DNA of 26,706 bases. Origin: Bacillota bacterium (GTDB lineage Bacteria; Bacillota; Clostridia; Peptostreptococcales; Anaerovoracaceae). The DNA lies in contig JAEEVI010000018.1 of the NCBI GenBank assembly GCA_016287035.1, positions 1 through 26,706 of the forward strand. The letters run 5' to 3'. Below the pieces are notes generated by a model, which was not told the DNA's origin, ran no database searches, and was given only the letters and a program-made list of their open reading frames with translations. Of the stretch, positions 23,834-26,706 are shown piece by piece. Position 1 is the stretch's first letter; each line of letters opens with the position of its first letter. The translations under genes and the position numbers were made by a program.

Positions 23834-24841
23834 ATGTCTAAACAGGAGATCGGATATCGCGAGGGGATCAACATCATGACGCTGCGCCGCCATTTCAAGA
23901 TGACGGCCGCCGAATTCGCTGACAGCTGGCTCACGGACGGCGAAGGCGAACGCGTCGTTTCGCCCGAAGAGCTCAAAAGGATCGAAGCCGGCGAACTCGG
24001 AGCGGAGAAGGTGCTGGCGCACCTCGAACACACGCTCTCAATGGATCCGTCGATGTTCGACATGGATCCGGATTCGTTCGCGAAGAACATCGATTACTTT
24101 ACGGAAGACGTATCGAAAAAACCCGAAAGGTTCTCGAGCTTCGCGGTCTCCGACAGGGACAGCACGATAAACGCGAACCTGCGCATCCTCTCGGATTATC
24201 TCGCGAACAACATCATCAAGGGCACCTTCAAGGCCGGAAGCAAGCTCCCGTCCGACAGGACACTGTCCGAGATACTCGATCTTCCCAGAGCGTCCGTCCG
24301 CGACGCGCTCAAGGTCCTCGACGCGCTCGGCGTCATACACATAAAGCCGGGCAGCGGGTCTTATATCGCCTCGGAGATGGACGACATCTTCACGTTCCCG
24401 TTCTCATGGACGTTCCTTCTCGACGACAGCATAAACGACGAGATATTCGAGCTGCGCGAGATACTCGAGGTCAAGGCCGTAAAGGACGTCTGCAGGAACA
24501 GGGACCATCCCGATTTCCCGAAGATCGCCGAAGTCATAGCGCAGGAAAAGGACAGCTTTTCGCGCTACGATTTTTCCAGCTTTGTGGAATATGACAACAG
24601 GTTCCACTATTTTATCGCCAAATGCTCGGGGAACAAGCTGCTCTGCAGCCTTCTCGTCACGAGCAAAAAGATACTGGCTCTGGCCAACACCCTCAACGGC
24701 ATGTCGAACGTGCACAAGATGACCGCGATACACCACGAGCACATGGCTATCGCGGAGGCTCTGCAGGCAGGCGACTCCAAGGGCGCCGCGGAGGCTATGA
24801 AAAAGCATCTCAAGTATTCCAGGATAAGGTACGCAAAATAA
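23834..24841 (+). CDS. FadR/GntR family regulator with an extra N-terminal XRE-like HTH domain
   Basis: Residues about 115-335 carry LPSDRTLSEILDLPRASVRDAL, GSGSY and FCD motifs ELREILE, DNRFH, SGN and EH. Residues about 11-75 follow an XRE pattern. AAGGAG RBS precedes ATG 23834. Confidence 0.85.
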   Translation: MSKQEIGYREGINIMTLRRHFKMTAAEFADSWLTDGEGERVVSPEELKRIEAGELGAEKVLAHLEHTLSMDPSMFDMDPDSFAKNIDYFTEDVSKKPERFSSFAVSDRDSTINANLRILSDYLANNIIKGTFKAGSKLPSDRTLSEILDLPRASVRDALKVLDALGVIHIKPGSGSYIASEMDDIFTFPFSWTFLLDDSINDEIFELREILEVKAVKDVCRNRDHPDFPKIAEVIAQEKDSFSRYDFSSFVEYDNRFHYFIAKCSGNKLLCSLLVTSKKILALANTLNGMSNVHKMTAIHHEHMAIAEALQAGDSKGAAEAMKKHLKYSRIRYAK

Positions 24842-24863
24842 TTCAAAATCTTCGTTTTTCCCA

Positions 24864-24892
24864 TTGACAACTCGCGGATACGGTCATAGACT
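24864..24892 (+). promoter_or_regulatory. Sigma70-type promoter of the amidohydrolase-transporter operon
   Basis: TTGACA-N17-TAGACT. Confidence 0.75.
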
Positions 24893-24901
24893 TAAGGCAA
24901 C

Positions 24902-24919
24902 TGGTTAACCGGTTAGCCA
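24902..24919. promoter_or_regulatory. Candidate FadR-type operator just downstream of the promoter
   Basis: TGGTTAACCGGTTAGCCA is a near-perfect 18-bp palindrome (one mismatched pair) built of TGGT/ACCA-like half-sites. Confidence 0.6.
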
Positions 24920-25005
24920 ATCAGCGATAGTTCGTTCTCCCGCTTATATGTGCAGCGCGCACATAGCGGAATCTTTATAGAGTTTTATTTAAAGAAAGGG
25001 ACCAC

Positions 25006-26238
25006 ATGGATATCGCAAAGAGCACTGCTCGCATCGAAAAGGATCTTGAAGCTCTCAAGCAGTTCACCTCCACAAAAGGCTGCGGATGCACCCGCATGCC
25101 CTTCTCCCCCGAATTCAGAAAAGCCGCCGACTACATGATCGCGGCGATGACCGACGCCGGGATGGAAGTCTGGGAAGACTGCGCCGGCAACGTATTCGGA
25201 CGAATCAGGGGCAAGGATTCCTCAAAGCCCTGCGTAATGATGGGCTCGCACATCGACTCCGTTTATAACGGCGGCGATTACGACGGCATCGCGGGAGTCG
25301 TCACGGCCGTAGAGGTCGGAAGGCTCATAAAAGAGGAAGGCCTCGAGCTCGAAGCGGACTTCGTGGCCGCGGGCTTCATGGACGAGGAAGGCTGCCGCTT
25401 CGGCAACGGCTACTTCGGTTCCAAGTGCATGCTCGGCGAGATGACGGAGCACGAGACGATGACGTTCAAGGACAGGGACGGCATCACGATCGCGGAAGCG
25501 ATGCGCTCCTACAACCTCAAGCCCTCCAATATCGGAAGCTGCAAGTGGCCCGAGGGCTCGATCGGTCACTACCTCGAGCTCCACATAGAACAGGGCCCGG
25601 TGCTCGACGCGAAGAAGATCCAGCTCGGACTCGTCGACTGCATCGTAGGCATCCAGCGCTACATGATCACCGTCAACGGCCGCGCCGACCACGCGGGGAC
25701 CACCCCGATGGATATGCGCATCGACGCCATGGATATGGCGGCGAACGTAGTGGCCAAGATCCCCGGCTTCGCAAGGGAGCAGGGACACGGAGCCGTAGCG
25801 ACGACCGGCTACATCAAGGCTACCCCCGGCGGAATGAACGTCATCGCCCAGTCCGTCGAGTTCTCGGTCGACATCAGATGCACCGAGCAGGAGATAATCA
25901 ACGACATAACCGCGAACATCAAGAAGTCCCTCGAAGAGGAGACTGCCCGCATGGGCGGAAGCTACACGATGGAGCAGAAGCTCTTCGTGACGCCCTGCAA
26001 GATGAGCGCTCACATGCTCGACATCCTCGAGGACAGCTGCAAGGCCCACGGCTACAGCTACCTCAGGCTGCCCAGCGGCGCCGGCCACGACGCCCTCGCC
26101 ATCGGTCAGACGATCGACACAGTCATGCTCTTCGTTCCGAGCGTGAACGCCAGGAGCCACTGCCCCGAGGAGTTCACCCCGTACGAGAACTTCGGACAGG
26201 CCGTGAGCGTCATGTTCGATCTGCTCAAGGCTCTTTAA
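25006..26238 (+). CDS. M20-family Zn hydrolase (allantoate amidohydrolase / N-carbamoyl-amino acid hydrolase / beta-ureidopropionase group)
   Basis: GSHIDSV-NGG-YDG, DEEG-RF, ELHIEQGP, HAGTTPM, SGAGHDA and SHCPEE. Confidence 0.92.
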   Translation: MDIAKSTARIEKDLEALKQFTSTKGCGCTRMPFSPEFRKAADYMIAAMTDAGMEVWEDCAGNVFGRIRGKDSSKPCVMMGSHIDSVYNGGDYDGIAGVVTAVEVGRLIKEEGLELEADFVAAGFMDEEGCRFGNGYFGSKCMLGEMTEHETMTFKDRDGITIAEAMRSYNLKPSNIGSCKWPEGSIGHYLELHIEQGPVLDAKKIQLGLVDCIVGIQRYMITVNGRADHAGTTPMDMRIDAMDMAANVVAKIPGFAREQGHGAVATTGYIKATPGGMNVIAQSVEFSVDIRCTEQEIINDITANIKKSLEEETARMGGSYTMEQKLFVTPCKMSAHMLDILEDSCKAHGYSYLRLPSGAGHDALAIGQTIDTVMLFVPSVNARSHCPEEFTPYENFGQAVSVMFDLLKAL

Positions 26239-26340
26239 TACGGTACCTTTAAAATTCAAATATAGGTATTTTGCCGCCGTCCTCCGCCGCAGCAGGGAAA
26301 CGGCGGCCGCAGTTATATCTTTTTTCATGGAGGTCTTTTT

Positions 26341-26706
26341 ATGGAAAAAAAGTCTAAGCTGCCGTCATTGACAGTCCTGATCCTTATCGGCGCCGTGCTC
26401 GGTATGGCTCTGGGTCTTCTGATCGGCCCCCCGATGAAGAACGTCAAGTTCATCGGCGACATCTTCATCAACCTCGTAATGATGGCCATTTACCCGATGG
26501 TAATGTCGGCTATCGCGATGTCCTTCGCGGAGAACACCGGAGGCAACTCCGGAAAGATGGGCGCCGCCACCGTAAAGTGGATCGTCATCTTCACGTTCGT
26601 ATCCGCTCTCATCGGTCTGGCTCTCGGCAGCATCATCAAGCCGGGCGCGGGAATGGCGATGGGCGAGCTCGCTTCCACTGTAGAAGCTACGAGCCCCTCC
26701 CTCCTC
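26341..26706 (+). CDS. Dicarboxylate/amino acid:cation symporter (DAACS/GltP family), 3' truncated
   Basis: Not in the ORF track because it has no stop in the window. It translates as MEKKSKLPSLTVLILIGAVLG...KFIGDIFINLVMM...GKMG...IIKPGAG, with a GGAGGT RBS. Confidence 0.85.
   Translation, partial: MEKKSKLPSLTVLILIGAVLGMALGLLIGPPMKNVKFIGDIFINLVMMAIYPMVMSAIAMSFAENTGGNSGKMGAATVKWIVIFTFVSALIGLALGSIIKPGAGMAMGELASTVEATSPSLL

Noticed and set aside
26273-26326. GCCGCCGT/ACGGCGGC inverted repeat between the hydrolase and DAACS genes as a terminator
   Set aside because: The loop is about 19 nt and the T-run is about 13 nt from the stem, so it is at most a weak pause or stability hairpin.
1-26706. 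CRISPR arrays, IS elements, integrases, tRNA or rRNA genes
   Set aside because: No regularly spaced repeats, transposase or integrase motifs, or structural RNA signatures other than the glycine riboswitch were seen.

Overview
GC-rich bacterial chromosome segment with sigma70/sigmaA-type promoters and strong Shine-Dalgarno sites. The gene content suggests an anaerobic, amino-acid-using Clostridia-like organism (inference). No mobile element, CRISPR array, tRNA or rRNA was seen. Contents in order: (1) 3' end of trkH and a C_GCAxxG_C_C redox protein. (2) A long minus-strand run (857-12525): two amidohydrolases, a CBS-ACT protein, a nitroreductase, a class I and a D-amino-acid aminotransferase, two NhaC-family transporters, a flavin reductase-rubredoxin fusion, an unusually long tryptophanase-family beta-eliminating lyase and a GntR regulator. 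(3) A divergent cupin-ridA pair. (4) An alanine/serine-glyoxylate aminotransferase behind a tandem glycine riboswitch whose expression platform reads as a glycine-OFF attenuator. (5) A c-di-GMP cluster: REC-degenerate GGDEF-EAL, stand-alone Hpt, membrane diguanylate cyclase, acyl-CoA thioesterase, DUF937 and a tandem HD-GYP gene placed right behind a feoA-feoB fusion. (6) An XRE-like/FadR fusion regulator, an allantoate amidohydrolase-family enzyme and a partial DAACS transporter. The most notable items are the predicted OFF-type glycine riboswitch on a glycine-forming aminotransferase, the divergent lyase/transporter/GntR plus cupin/RidA module, the XRE-FadR fusion and the kinase-less Hpt/c-di-GMP operon. 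All calls come from reading the sequence by eye; no searches or folding programs were run.
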